DNA from: Trichormus sp. ATA11-4-KO1 | GTDB lineage: Bacteria > Cyanobacteriota > Cyanobacteriia > Cyanobacteriales > Nostocaceae | Assembly: GCA_019358915.1 (NCBI GenBank) | Contig: JAHHIM010000008.1 | Span: forward strand, 1 to 46,371 | Length of the DNA: 46,371 bases | Reading direction: 5' to 3' | In this document: piece by piece, positions 28,359-38,397 of the stretch | How positions within the stretch are numbered: position 1 is the first letter of the stretch | Layout of the letters: every line of letters starts with the position of its first letter | Position numbers and translations under genes: made by a program | Notes under the pieces: model-generated | Told to the model about the DNA's origin: nothing | The model's database searches: none | The model's input: only the letters and a program-made list of their open reading frames with translations

Positions 28359-29481
28359 GATGTATCTGTGTGCTAGTCAACCAACTTTGATTAATTTTAA
28401 TTCTTCTACTTTCCATAGCTTGGATAAATAAATCTGTGGGCAATACCTCTTCTACAGGCAAAACACCTGGTTTTTTGAGTTTGCCTTCTAGTACGAGTTG
28501 GGCAATGCTACCAGTACCACACCCAGCAGCCACGGACGTGTTCTCATGTACTAAAGTTGCACAATAAATAGCTGTTTCACCATTTTTTTGTCCTGTAACT
28601 TCTGAACGCACTGCTACCCCAATCCCACTGAAATTATTGGTAACGTCTGTCATCAAATGACTGACACGAGACAAAAATTCAATCGCGTAACGACGCTGCA
28701 TTAACCACTTCGGGAAAATGTGTGCAGCAATCCAAGTTAAATGATTATAAAAGTCAGGAATAGAGCCAAACTTGGTAACTACAGTTTTCACTGATGAAAA
28801 GGTATGGGGCATAGTAAAGGTTTCTGGCATATCAAACCAGTAAACTCCACTTTTGCCATAAGGCTGCGGGAAATCAACTACTTCTCTTTCACTGTAAGGC
28901 TGAATTTGCTGCCATTTGCCATCAATCCAAGCTGCAAAAGGACGCTGTAATCCTAAAAAAGTTGTTCGCATGACTGTAACGCCAGCACCACCAGAACCGG
29001 ATACTAAATAACTTAAATGTATTTTTTCTGGTTGATCAAATTGCTCGATACACTGACGTACCATGCTGTTAGAAATTCCCGGAAAAATGCCAGTATTAAT
29101 GATTGCCGTTACCCCAGCAGCAACGGCTTGTTGATGATAATTTAGTGCTTTGCTAGTATAAGAACGGTGGTCACTGACATCTATATAATTAACGCCTTGT
29201 TCAATGCAGATTTTGAGAACATTAGCATCCCGATAATGAAACGGGCCAGCACAATGGATGACTAAATTGGCATGAGCGATCGCCTCTCTCAATTTATCAA
29301 CTTCCGCCAAGTCCAACACCAAAAACTGCACTTTTTCGCCCAAAGACGAGCTGACAACCCTTCCTGTCTCTGGGGAACGTCCAGTGATTGTAATTTGTGC
29401 CTGCGTATGAGTAGCTATATCCTGGGCAACACTGCTACCAATCCGCCCTCTGCCACCAAGTATCAAAATACGATCTGTCAT
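28315..29481 (-). CDS. Saccharopine dehydrogenase-like oxidoreductase
   Basis: ILGGRGRIG Rossmann fold; CAGPF; GIFPGISN; likely start MTDRIL at 29481. Confidence 0.87.
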   Translation of the reverse strand: MTDRILILGGRGRIGSSVAQDIATHTQAQITITGRSPETGRVVSSSLGEKVQFLVLDLAEVDKLREAIAHANLVIHCAGPFHYRDANVLKICIEQGVNYIDVSDHRSYTSKALNYHQQAVAAGVTAIINTGIFPGISNSMVRQCIEQFDQPEKIHLSYLVSGSGGAGVTVMRTTFLGLQRPFAAWIDGKWQQIQPYSEREVVDFPQPYGKSGVYWFDMPETFTMPHTFSSVKTVVTKFGSIPDFYNHLTWIAAHIFPKWLMQRRYAIEFLSRVSHLMTDVTNNFSGIGVAVRSEVTGQKNGETAIYCATLVHENTSVAAGCGTGSIAQLVLEGKLKKPGVLPVEEVLPTDLFIQAMESRRIKINQSWLTSTQIHHADYSNSPHSDSRD

Positions 29482-29690
29482 TACTCCAGTATAGGCAACA
29501 CTAACCTTCATTGGAGCAGTTTTTCATCTTATTTGCCATCGGTTACAAGTATGACGTGCTTAATAAAAACGGCGGAACTAGTTCTGAAAAAATGAAGTGC
29601 TGAAAATTCTGTGATAATCGTAGAATCTCGGAATAAACCTGATATATTCTTTAGTGTACAAAAACTTAAATATATAGTATTTAGGCAAAA

Positions 29691-29978
29691 ATGGAAGATA
29701 GAAAAACTTACCAAGACTCAATGGAAGCTAAATTTAGCGAGTTAGGTGCAAAAATTGACGAGCTGCAAGCCAAAGCCGAAAAAGCTGGCGAAGACGCCAA
29801 AGTTAACTTAAATCAGCAAGTTGAAGATTTAAAAGTAAGACGCCATGCCATGCAGCAGAAGTTACAAGAAATGAAATCCTCAGGAGATGAGGCTTGGGTT
29901 AGCCTACAAGCAGGTTTAAAAAATGCCTGGGATGAGTTAAGTCGCTCCGTAGAGGAAGCTGCTTCCAAGTTTAAATAA
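29691..29978 (+). CDS. Small coiled-coil (stress-type) protein
   Basis: 95-aa helical protein with AW..L..G...AW pattern. Confidence 0.75.
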   Translation: MEDRKTYQDSMEAKFSELGAKIDELQAKAEKAGEDAKVNLNQQVEDLKVRRHAMQQKLQEMKSSGDEAWVSLQAGLKNAWDELSRSVEEAASKFK

Positions 29979-29984
29979 AATTAA

Positions 29985-31676
29985 CTAATTTCCAAATACT
30001 GACTCTACAGTTGATTTAATCGAATCCCGTGCATCTTTCAAAGTCTGGGAAATAGGATGTTTTTCTTGCAAAAACACACGAGCACAGTTACGCCCTGGCA
30101 ACCCAGAAATTGAACCACCTGGATGAGTCCCTGCACCAGTGAGATATAAATTCTCAATTGGTGTTTTATAATTTGCCAACTCCGGCAACGGACGAAAACA
30201 TAGCATCTGTTCTAAAGTCATATCAAGGTGGTAATAGTTCCCCTGATAGAAGCCCAAGCGTTCTGCTAACTCAGCAGGGCTTTCTACATGACGGGCGATG
30301 ATTGAGTGTGGCAAATTAGGGGAATACTGTGCCAACTTATCAATCACTTTATCTGCAACCTGATTTTTCAGTTCATCTGTCCAACCTGTACCTTTTAACC
30401 CTGTACCTGCTGTACCTGTAATGTTATAAGGGGCGAAAAACTCAATCCAGGCTGTGTGTTTGCCCGTCGGTGCCATTGAGGGGTCAAGTGCAGTCGGCAT
30501 TACCAAATACATTGAGGGGTCATCATCGGGAATTTTCCCCTGCACACAGTCACTGTGAGCTTTTTCCACATGGTTGACAGAATCTGCAATCAGGATTGAG
30601 CCAATTAAATACTCATCCTTGTGTTCGTGGTGTTCAAATCGCAGTGGCTCATTTAATGCCAAATCAATTTTCAGGATACTTTCATTATTGTCAACAATGC
30701 GGCGGTCTAATCTTTCTCGTAAATTGGGGTCAGCATGATCAACATCGTTAGTATCCATTAGTTGCAAGAATAACCGCTTGGCATCAATATTGGAAATTAC
30801 ACCTTGATTGGCACGATATTCTTTACCGCCAGCAACCCGCACACCCACAGCTTGACCGTTATCAACTAAGACTTTCTCAACATGTTGGTCAGTGAGAATC
30901 ACCCCGCCTTGACTTTTCACTACATTAACTAAAGCCTCTGTCAAGGCACCAGTACCGCCGCGTGGTCTAGCCTGACCAGGGTGATGACGCATCACCATCA
31001 TCATTGCCCCGAAGGACATCGCTTTTTGGGAGGGAGGCGAACTCAATTCCGCAGATAGTCGAGCTAGGGGTGCTTTGAGAAATTCGGAATCAAAGTACTC
31101 ATTGATATTATCAATTGGGCTGGTTAGCATTGTGCGTAGCAAATCCAGTGTCTCATTAGGGCCACCCAGCAGTGAAAAAAGGTCTTGAAGTTTTTTCAGG
31201 TCATAGTTGCCAATAATGTCAACAATGGACTTGGGTGGTGCGTTGAAGTAGGGAATGACTGAGCCAATAAAGTGATGCCAGTATTTGACATATTCACTGT
31301 ACTTTTGAGCATCACGCTGACTGTAACGCGCAATCTCCGCACAAGTTTTCTCCACCGACTTATGAGCTAAAAAATACTTGCCATCCGGATGGGGGCAAAA
31401 CACTACTGGGTCGCAGAAAAGATATTCCAAACCGTACTTATACAGTTCTAATTCCTGAATTACAGACCCTAAAAAAATAAACAAGTGGTCAATGGCACAA
31501 GGATTAAATTTAAACCCAGGTGCGGCTTGAGGCATAAGTTCTTCAGTAGTGGAGGCACCACCGAGAATTGAACGCTTTTCCAGTAGCAGGACATTGTAAC
31601 CAGCTTTCTGTAGATAGGCAGCGCAGACTAAACCGTTATGACCAGCACCAATAATGACGACATCATAAACTTCCAT
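29985..31676 (-). CDS. CrtO-family FAD oxidoreductase (beta-carotene ketolase or paralog)
   Basis: GAGHNGL, PGFKFNPCAIDH and GAGTHPGGSISG motifs. Orthology versus paralogy is not resolved. Confidence 0.82.
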   Translation of the reverse strand: MEVYDVVIIGAGHNGLVCAAYLQKAGYNVLLLEKRSILGGASTTEELMPQAAPGFKFNPCAIDHLFIFLGSVIQELELYKYGLEYLFCDPVVFCPHPDGKYFLAHKSVEKTCAEIARYSQRDAQKYSEYVKYWHHFIGSVIPYFNAPPKSIVDIIGNYDLKKLQDLFSLLGGPNETLDLLRTMLTSPIDNINEYFDSEFLKAPLARLSAELSSPPSQKAMSFGAMMMVMRHHPGQARPRGGTGALTEALVNVVKSQGGVILTDQHVEKVLVDNGQAVGVRVAGGKEYRANQGVISNIDAKRLFLQLMDTNDVDHADPNLRERLDRRIVDNNESILKIDLALNEPLRFEHHEHKDEYLIGSILIADSVNHVEKAHSDCVQGKIPDDDPSMYLVMPTALDPSMAPTGKHTAWIEFFAPYNITGTAGTGLKGTGWTDELKNQVADKVIDKLAQYSPNLPHSIIARHVESPAELAERLGFYQGNYYHLDMTLEQMLCFRPLPELANYKTPIENLYLTGAGTHPGGSISGLPGRNCARVFLQEKHPISQTLKDARDSIKSTVESVFGN

Positions 31677-31859
31677 AGTCAGAAGTTAAAAAATTTAGAG
31701 TATATTCCCTGATGTTAGGAAGTACTGAAAAAATCTAACTCATTCGTGAGTTATAGAATCTTTGCCACCTCGTCAACCTATCTTTTGTTGCCTGAAACTT
31801 TAGATTTCATAGGTTGTGCGCTACTAGAAAAGCAAAATCTGCCTAGTCCCTACTCGCCA

Positions 31860-32156
31860 CTAAAGAGTTTGCAGCAAATCAGCAAAGCCATAAACACTAA
31901 TAAGCAGCAATAATAATGCTGTGAGTTGGGTGACTCTTGTTTGGGGTGAAGGAGCGATCGCTTCTCGTACTATGATGGAAATTGAGGCCCCAACTACAAA
32001 ACTCAAGCCCAGCACCAAATAAGGTCTATCTGGTAAAATGGTCGCTACTATCAACATAGCGATCGCTAGCGTCAGCATCAATAATTCTACAAATCGGGGT
32101 GGGTTGTATTGGCTAGCTAAAATAAAGCTGTTTAACCAGAAGTTCCACAATCTCAT
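31860..32156 (-). CDS. Hypothetical small membrane protein
   Basis: Three hydrophobic segments; start uncertain. Confidence 0.6.
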   Translation of the reverse strand: MRLWNFWLNSFILASQYNPPRFVELLMLTLAIAMLIVATILPDRPYLVLGLSFVVGASISIIVREAIAPSPQTRVTQLTALLLLLISVYGFADLLQTL

Positions 32157-32225
32157 ATTTAGTGCTTTTCTAAGTGTTGAGGCTGAGTTTTGAAAAGCTA
32201 TTTCATCACTCAACACCTCAAGTTT

Positions 32226-33347
32226 TTAATTTCTCGCCCCTAATTTTTGTCCAGTGCCGTTTTTTTGTGCAGCATCATCTGGTAGTTCTACACCAAAAAC
32301 CCGCGCCAAGGCTTTTTCTACTTTGTAGCCAGAATCAATGGACTCTAGAGGGTCTTTCCGCAATCTGTGACGCAGACATAATGTAATGACACGTCGGATA
32401 TCATCAACAGTCACTTCGGTACGCCCTTCAAATGCCGTTAATGCTTTGGCTGCACGGTTGGTAACGATATCACCCCGCAAACCATCCACATCTAGTTCTG
32501 AGCAAACTTCAGAAATTTTGACCCGTTGTTCGTAGTCAATTTTCACTTTTGGCAACAAGTTTTGAGCGTTGATGATTTTTTGTTGTAGTGCTTCTTGTTG
32601 GGGTTGATACTTTTCTAAGAATCCTGGGGGATTTTGGTCAAATTCCGCCCTTTGTTCCACGATTTGCACCCGCAAGGCTGGTTCTTTGACTGTGTGAATT
32701 TCTGCGTGCATCCCAAAGCGATCTAGCAGTTGGGGACGTAATTCACCTTCTTCCGGGTTACCGGAACCAACTAGCACAAAACGTGCTGGGTGACGAATCG
32801 AAATACCTTCCCGTTCTACGGTGTTCCACCCACTGGCTGCGGAATCAAGTAGCACGTCTACCAAGTGGTCATCTAACAAGTTGACTTCATCCACATACAG
32901 AATGCCTCGATTAGCCTTGGCCAGCAGTCCCGGTTCAAAAGCTTTCACACCCTCAGATAAAGCTTTTTCGATGTCGATGGTGCCGCAAACTCGGTCTTCT
33001 GTGGCTCCCAATGGTAGGTCTACCATTTGGACTTTTTTATGAGCTACGGGAATTTCCGCCCCTTGTTCTAGCATTTGGCGGACTTCATCGCTCATCACAT
33101 CGGGGTCGTTGGGGTCACTATTAAAGGGGTCATTGGCAACCACAGGGATTTCTGGCAGCAAATCAGCCAGCGCCCGAATAGTTGTGGATTTGCCGGTGCC
33201 GCGATCGCCCATAATCATTACACCACCGATTTTGGGATCAATCACGTTCAACAGCAGCGCCAGTTTCATTTCTGCCTGGCCCACAATTGCCGTAAATGGA
33301 AATACCACGCGACGCGCACTTGCCGTGGATTGAGCAGTTGGAGTCAC
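32226..33347 (-). CDS. chlI: Magnesium chelatase ATPase subunit I
   Basis: [25 protein letters not shown] and [19 protein letters not shown] motifs. Confidence 0.96.
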   Translation of the reverse strand: MTPTAQSTASARRVVFPFTAIVGQAEMKLALLLNVIDPKIGGVMIMGDRGTGKSTTIRALADLLPEIPVVANDPFNSDPNDPDVMSDEVRQMLEQGAEIPVAHKKVQMVDLPLGATEDRVCGTIDIEKALSEGVKAFEPGLLAKANRGILYVDEVNLLDDHLVDVLLDSAASGWNTVEREGISIRHPARFVLVGSGNPEEGELRPQLLDRFGMHAEIHTVKEPALRVQIVEQRAEFDQNPPGFLEKYQPQQEALQQKIINAQNLLPKVKIDYEQRVKISEVCSELDVDGLRGDIVTNRAAKALTAFEGRTEVTVDDIRRVITLCLRHRLRKDPLESIDSGYKVEKALARVFGVELPDDAAQKNGTGQKLGARN

Positions 33348-33410
33348 TAAATTACCTTAACAATATTTTTCTTATTACAATTTTTTATTGTGCCACAGTT
33401 AGGGAGTGGG

Positions 33411-33438
33411 AAAACGGAAAATGGGAGATGTTTTCCGT
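33411..33438 (-). terminator. Intrinsic terminator of the thrC-like/sulfur-carrier transcript
   Basis: ACGGAAAA-N9-TTTTCCGT followed by TTT on the minus strand. Confidence 0.6.
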
Positions 33439-33560
33439 CCTTGCCCGCACATTGACCAGGCAGGGCTTCAGGCTCTGCCGATTTGTAGCCACTGCTATCT
33501 CACCGCTAAAACTTTGTTTGTCGCGGGAGTCCTTTGGCAGCAGACAGATATTTCTACTTC

Positions 33561-33836
33561 TCAACCACCAGCTACCGCCGGCACGATACTCACTTCATCG
33601 CCATCTTTTAAAGGCGTGTCTGTTCCTTCCAAAAAGCGGATATCTTCGCTATTAACATACAAATTCAAAAAGCGTCGTGGCTGTCCTTTTTCATCGCACA
33701 ACCGCGATTTAATTCCAGGACAGTTTTGCTCTAAGGAATCGAACAATTCAGAAATATTACTACCACTACAAGTTAGGGTAGCTTGGTTATTCGTGAATTT
33801 TTGCAGAGCAGTAGGAACTAAAACTGTAACAGCCAT
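33561..33836 (-). CDS. MoaD/ThiS-family (CysO-like) sulfur carrier
   Basis: [25 protein letters not shown]-terminal Gly-Gly. Confidence 0.9.
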   Translation of the reverse strand: MAVTVLVPTALQKFTNNQATLTCSGSNISELFDSLEQNCPGIKSRLCDEKGQPRRFLNLYVNSEDIRFLEGTDTPLKDGDEVSIVPAVAGG

Positions 33837-33928
33837 AGCAGTAGAAATTTAAAAGTGAAAAGGGAGGAGTTAAGAGTCAAGTTAGGAGTTGAAAGTTAGG
33901 AATAAAACTCTTAACTCGTAACTTCTAA

Positions 33929-35233
33929 CTAAACGAGGACTTGTTGCCATTCCAAGCGGTCAAGTGTCCGAGAGCGCTCTAAGGCACGTTCAAAACTATC
34001 GAGTTTGGCATCAATTGTCAAAGGTTCGCCAATGTAGCCTTGGACTGCTTCTTGGGTTTTTAAACCATTACCAGTGATGTAAACCACAGTAGTTTCATCT
34101 GGATCAATCTTGCCAGCTTCTACTAATTTTTTCAGGACAGCAACGGTTGTACCACCAGCTGTTTCTGTGAAAATGCCTTCGGTTTCTGCTAGTAGTTTGA
34201 TGCCGTCAATAATTTCTGCGTCATTGACTGATTCAATGTTACCGCCAGTTTTTTGAGCAATTTCTACAGCATAAACACCGTCGGCGGGATTACCGATCGC
34301 AATTGATTTAGCAATTGTATTCGGTTTCACTGGTTTGATAAAGTCGCGCCCTTCTTTAAATGCTTGGGCAATAGGTGAGCAACCTTCTGCTTGCGCGCCA
34401 CTGAAACGCACATCTTTTGCTGCCACCAAACCGACTTCGACGAATTCTTGGAACCCTTTATAAATTTTAGTAAATAAGGAACCAGAAGCTAAGGGAGCAA
34501 CAATATGATCTGGTAGTTCCCAACCCAGTTGTTCTGCAACTTCAAAGCCTAAGGTCTTGGAACCTTCAGAATAATAGGGGCGCAGATTAATATTGACAAA
34601 ACCCCAACCATGTGTATTGGCTACTTCCGAGCAGAGGCGATTGACTTGATCGTAGTTGCCTTTAACTGCCATGAGGGTAGGACTGTAGATCAGGCTTCCC
34701 AGGATTTTACCAGCTTCCAAATCTGCGGGGATAAACACGCAACAATCTAAACCGGCGTGGGCGGCGATCGCAGCTGTTGAATTTGCCAAGTTACCAGTGC
34801 TAGCACAGGAAACAGTAGTGAAACCCAATTCTCTGGCTCGGCTGAGAGCAACTGACACCACCCGATCCTTAAAGCTCAGGGTGGGCATATTCACGGCATC
34901 ATTTTTGATATAAAGCTTGTTTAGACCGAGGCGACGAGCGAGGCGGTGGGAACGCACCAGGGGAGTCATACCAGTTCCCACATCAATCACATTGTCAGTT
35001 GTAACGGGCAAAAAGGGACGGTAGCGCCAAATCGAATTAGGCCCAGCTTGAATTTTTTCACGGGTAACAGTCAGACGTAGCGTATCGTAGTCATACTTAA
35101 CTTCCAATGGGCCAAAGCATAACTCACAAACATGGCTGGCTTTAAGTTCGTATTCCGCGCCACATTCCTTACACTTCAAGGCTGTTAACGTAGCGTTCGT
35201 TGCTTGGGTTTCTGTGGTTATTGCCTGAGTCAT
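33929..35233 (-). CDS. thrC: Threonine synthase-like PLP enzyme with N-terminal Zn ribbon
   Basis: PTLSFKDR, CASTGN, EGSKT and ITGNGLK motifs. Confidence 0.88.
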   Translation of the reverse strand: MTQAITTETQATNATLTALKCKECGAEYELKASHVCELCFGPLEVKYDYDTLRLTVTREKIQAGPNSIWRYRPFLPVTTDNVIDVGTGMTPLVRSHRLARRLGLNKLYIKNDAVNMPTLSFKDRVVSVALSRARELGFTTVSCASTGNLANSTAAIAAHAGLDCCVFIPADLEAGKILGSLIYSPTLMAVKGNYDQVNRLCSEVANTHGWGFVNINLRPYYSEGSKTLGFEVAEQLGWELPDHIVAPLASGSLFTKIYKGFQEFVEVGLVAAKDVRFSGAQAEGCSPIAQAFKEGRDFIKPVKPNTIAKSIAIGNPADGVYAVEIAQKTGGNIESVNDAEIIDGIKLLAETEGIFTETAGGTTVAVLKKLVEAGKIDPDETTVVYITGNGLKTQEAVQGYIGEPLTIDAKLDSFERALERSRTLDRLEWQQVLV

Positions 35234-35271
35234 AAATGAGCTTTCCCTGTTTGTCCGTCAACTGTCGCCTG

Positions 35272-35300
35272 ATAGTAACACGAGTAAAAATACCAGTCAA
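35272..35300 (-). promoter_or_regulatory. Sigma70-type promoter
   Basis: TTGACT (35300-35295), 17-bp spacer, TACTAT (35277-35272). Confidence 0.75.
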
Positions 35301-35301
35301 A

Positions 35302-35328
35302 CATACCCGATAAAAATAGTCGGGTATG
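35302..35328. promoter_or_regulatory. Rrf2-family (IscR type-1-like) operator
   Basis: CATACCCGA-N9-TCGGGTATG; 23 of 25 match to the recalled consensus ATASYYGACTRWWWYAGTCRRSTAT. Confidence 0.72.
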
Positions 35329-35569
35329 GAAAATTCATCCCTGTAATCCATCTCACAGTCAGGTTTAACACTAACTCAATCCCCCAGACAGACTAGTAGA
35401 TCAAGCATCACACTCCATTAGCCAGAGGATAAGAAAGTTTTCGCTTTTTAGGATGACCTTAGAAAATAAAAAGCATTAAAAGCCTTGAAACATTGAGAGT
35501 TGGAACTTGCTCGGTTCGTTCCACCTTACCTTGGCAACCTCAAGGCACAAGACAGGAGCTATTTAAATT

Positions 35570-36013
35570 ATGACAACGACAGGACTGGATATCTTCGATG
35601 CTACCGTTCAGAAGACGATTCCTTGGGTAAATGACTTAGGTCATAAGCTGGGCTGGGAAAATAAGCACCAAGTTTTCCAAGCCTTGCGCGCTACATTACA
35701 CGCCTTGCGCGATCGCCTGACGGTACCAGAAGCCGCGCATTTAGGCGCACAGTTACCCATTCTCTTGGGAGGCTTTTATTACGAAAACTGGCGACCTGGA
35801 GCTACCCCCACAAAAGAACGGAATAAAGAAGAATTTCTCCAACATATCCGTGATTACTTCCGCAACAGCGATCCAGAAATCGATGCGGAGCGTGTTGTTC
35901 GTGCTGTATTCCAGCTACTAGCTGAGCGCGTTACCAGAGGTGAAATTGAAGATGTCATACACATGATGCCGCCGGCTCTACGAGGACTCTGGCCGGAAGA
36001 AGTACGAGCTTAA
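35570..36013 (+). CDS. DUF2267-family protein
   Basis: ALRATLHALRDRL..AAHLGAQLP..GFYYENW motif; RBS AGGAG. Confidence 0.88.
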   Translation: MTTTGLDIFDATVQKTIPWVNDLGHKLGWENKHQVFQALRATLHALRDRLTVPEAAHLGAQLPILLGGFYYENWRPGATPTKERNKEEFLQHIRDYFRNSDPEIDAERVVRAVFQLLAERVTRGEIEDVIHMMPPALRGLWPEEVRA

Positions 36014-36159
36014 ATCAAGGAAACTACATTTTATTGCTGAAATCCTTCTCTGGAAAAGACTTATACCAACAAAATTTATCCTTACTTATCTGTCTACGCT
36101 TGAGGAACAACTAAACTCACGATTTTGCTTCAATCAACTAAGTTAAACGAGGAATACAG

Positions 36160-36362
36160 ATGGAGTACGAAAGATTTGTTGATGCAGCGTGTAGCCTACC
36201 TTTTATTCAGGATAAAGAGACAGCTGATGCTGCTGTTAAAGCAGTACTCGGAATTTTAGCCAGCAAACCCTACGTGTTACAAAGGAAGCAGTAAAAGATA
36301 AGATCAACGAATTTACATCACGCCTACCTGCTGACTGGAGTGCCCTGATTGAAGCTGCTTAA
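36160..36362 (+). pseudogene. Second DUF2267-like gene, internally deleted
   Basis: RBS GAGGA; MEYERFV..ADAAVKAVLGILASK joined out of frame to TLRVTKEAV..SRLPADWSALIEAA*. Confidence 0.65.
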
Positions 36363-36384
36363 TACTTAGAGCTAAATTGGTAAA

Positions 36385-36419
36385 AAAAAGCGGTTGGCAT
36401 ATGGAACCAACTGCTTTTT
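36385..36419. terminator. Bidirectional intrinsic terminator
   Basis: AAAAAGCGGTTGG-N9-CCAACTGCTTTTT. Confidence 0.7.
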
Positions 36420-36468
36420 AATGTAGCTAAAATTGTGGATAAATTTTCTTAACTCACAGCTTGCTCTC

Positions 36469-38118
36469 ATGACTACAGTTAGCGAATATTTATTTCATCG
36501 ATTAGAAAGCCTAGGTGTCCAACATATATTTGGTGTACCGGGAGACTACGTTCTAGATTTAATGGATGTTTTAAATCAAACTTCGATCAATTTAATTTGT
36601 AATTGCAATGAATTAAATGCTGGTTATGCTGCTGATGCCTATGCACGAGTACGGGGACTAGGTGCTGTTTGTGTTACCTACGGTGTTGGTGGCTTTAGCT
36701 TAGTGAATGCAGTGGTTGGTGCGTATGCAGAACGAGTTCCCCTGGTAGTAATTAGTGGTGCGCCTAACAGCTCTGTGAGAAAAGGTAACCTGCTATTGCA
36801 CCACACCACGGGAGACTATAATCTCCAGCTTTCCATTATGGAAAAAGTTACAGTTGCTTCCGTCATTCTCACTAATGCAAGTCAAGCAGCGAATCAAATA
36901 GATCAAACCCTTGCAGCCTGTCTGCATTACAAACGACCTGTATATATTGAAATTCCCCTAGATTTGGTGCATCAATCTTGTACTCTCCCTGAAATTCAGC
37001 CGCCTTCGTCATTCAAGTTCACAAATCAAGAAACATTACCAGCAGCATTAGAAGAAGCAGTAGAAGAAGCAGTTAACTTGTTAGAAAAAGCACAACGTCC
37101 GGTAATTCTGGCAGGTGTTGAGTTTAATCGCTTTCATTTACAAAATCAGCTCCTAAAACTTTTAGAAACTACAGGTTATCCCTTAGCTACCACGATGCTA
37201 GGTAAATCTTGCATTTCCGAAATGCACCCGCAATTTATTGGTAATTATGTAGGTGCTTTAAGTCGAGATGATGTCCGTCAACGCATCGAAACGGCTGACT
37301 GTGTGCTGTGTCTGGGTGCGATTATGTCTGATATGAATTTGGGAGGATATACGGCTAACCTTGATGAGCGCAAGTTAATTAATGCCAACTCCGAAAAAGT
37401 TAAGATTAAACATCATTTTTATCAACCTGTTTATTTAGGAGATTTTATTGATGGTTTAATTGCCAATCTCCAGAAAAAAGACGTTGAAATGTTGGAAATT
37501 ATGCCAGCATTTCATTTACTTTCCCAAAGTTTTATGCCCCAATCTGAGGCAAAACTTACGAATCGGCGATTTTATGAACGCATCAACCATTTTTTAGAAG
37601 ATGGATTCATTATTATTGCCGATACCGGAGATGCAATTGTCTCGACAATGGATTTATTAATGCCTCAAGAAACCGATTTTATTGGGCAAGCCTTTTATTT
37701 ATCTATTGGTTATTCAATTCCAGCCTGTTTGGGTGCAGCTATGGCTGCGCCTCAACGTCGTCTGATGATTTTTGTGGGTGATGGCGCTTTTCAGATGACT
37801 GCTCAAGAATTATCCACCATTATTAGACATAAACTGAACCCCATTATTTTCTTAATTAATAATGATGGTTATACCATTGAGCGAGTGATTCAAGATGGCC
37901 CTTACAATGATATTCAACCTTGGAAATATCATCAGATACCTCAAGTTTTTGGTGAAAGTTGGAGTTGTGAAGTCTGGACGGAAGGCGAATTAGAAGCAGC
38001 CCTAGTCAAAGCCCAGGCGAATACTAACTGTGTCTCTTTTGTGGAAATTCATCTCGACCGCTTCGACTGTTCTCAAGGATTAATGCGTCTCGGTAAGGCT
38101 GTTAGTCACAGAAGCTAA
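36469..38118 (+). CDS. ThDP-dependent 2-keto acid decarboxylase (pyruvate/indolepyruvate decarboxylase family)
   Basis: FGVPGDY, NELNAGYAADAYAR, LHH and GDGAFQMT..NNDGYTIE motifs; likely start MTTVSE. Confidence 0.92.
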   Translation: MTTVSEYLFHRLESLGVQHIFGVPGDYVLDLMDVLNQTSINLICNCNELNAGYAADAYARVRGLGAVCVTYGVGGFSLVNAVVGAYAERVPLVVISGAPNSSVRKGNLLLHHTTGDYNLQLSIMEKVTVASVILTNASQAANQIDQTLAACLHYKRPVYIEIPLDLVHQSCTLPEIQPPSSFKFTNQETLPAALEEAVEEAVNLLEKAQRPVILAGVEFNRFHLQNQLLKLLETTGYPLATTMLGKSCISEMHPQFIGNYVGALSRDDVRQRIETADCVLCLGAIMSDMNLGGYTANLDERKLINANSEKVKIKHHFYQPVYLGDFIDGLIANLQKKDVEMLEIMPAFHLLSQSFMPQSEAKLTNRRFYERINHFLEDGFIIIADTGDAIVSTMDLLMPQETDFIGQAFYLSIGYSIPACLGAAMAAPQRRLMIFVGDGAFQMTAQELSTIIRHKLNPIIFLINNDGYTIERVIQDGPYNDIQPWKYHQIPQVFGESWSCEVWTEGELEAALVKAQANTNCVSFVEIHLDRFDCSQGLMRLGKAVSHRS

Positions 38119-38136
38119 ATTAAGCGTAAAACAAGT

Positions 38137-38397
38137 TTAACCACCACTTACGGGTGGAATTAGCACTACTTCATCACCATTTTGCAGCAGGCTATCTGGT
38201 TCAACAAATATTAAATTAATCCCAAAACGGGTAACATCGCGCCATTGGGTAAGTTCTGGATGTTCAGCAATCAGGCGATCGCACACCGCACTTACCGATG
38301 TACCATGAGGAAATTCTAGTACTAGTTCTGATACCCCACAGGCTTCTTGATAAGCAGCGAATAACTTGACGGTGACCGTAATTGTAGATGGGGACAT
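38137..38397 (-). CDS. moaD: Molybdopterin synthase sulfur carrier
   Basis: VKLFAAYQE..GDEVVLIPPVSGG. Confidence 0.85.
   Translation of the reverse strand: MSPSTITVTVKLFAAYQEACGVSELVLEFPHGTSVSAVCDRLIAEHPELTQWRDVTRFGINLIFVEPDSLLQNGDEVVLIPPVSGG

Noticed and set aside
33296..33852. Plus-strand ORFs of 119 and 148 aa
   Set aside because: Antisense to the sulfur carrier and chlI, with no recognisable motifs.
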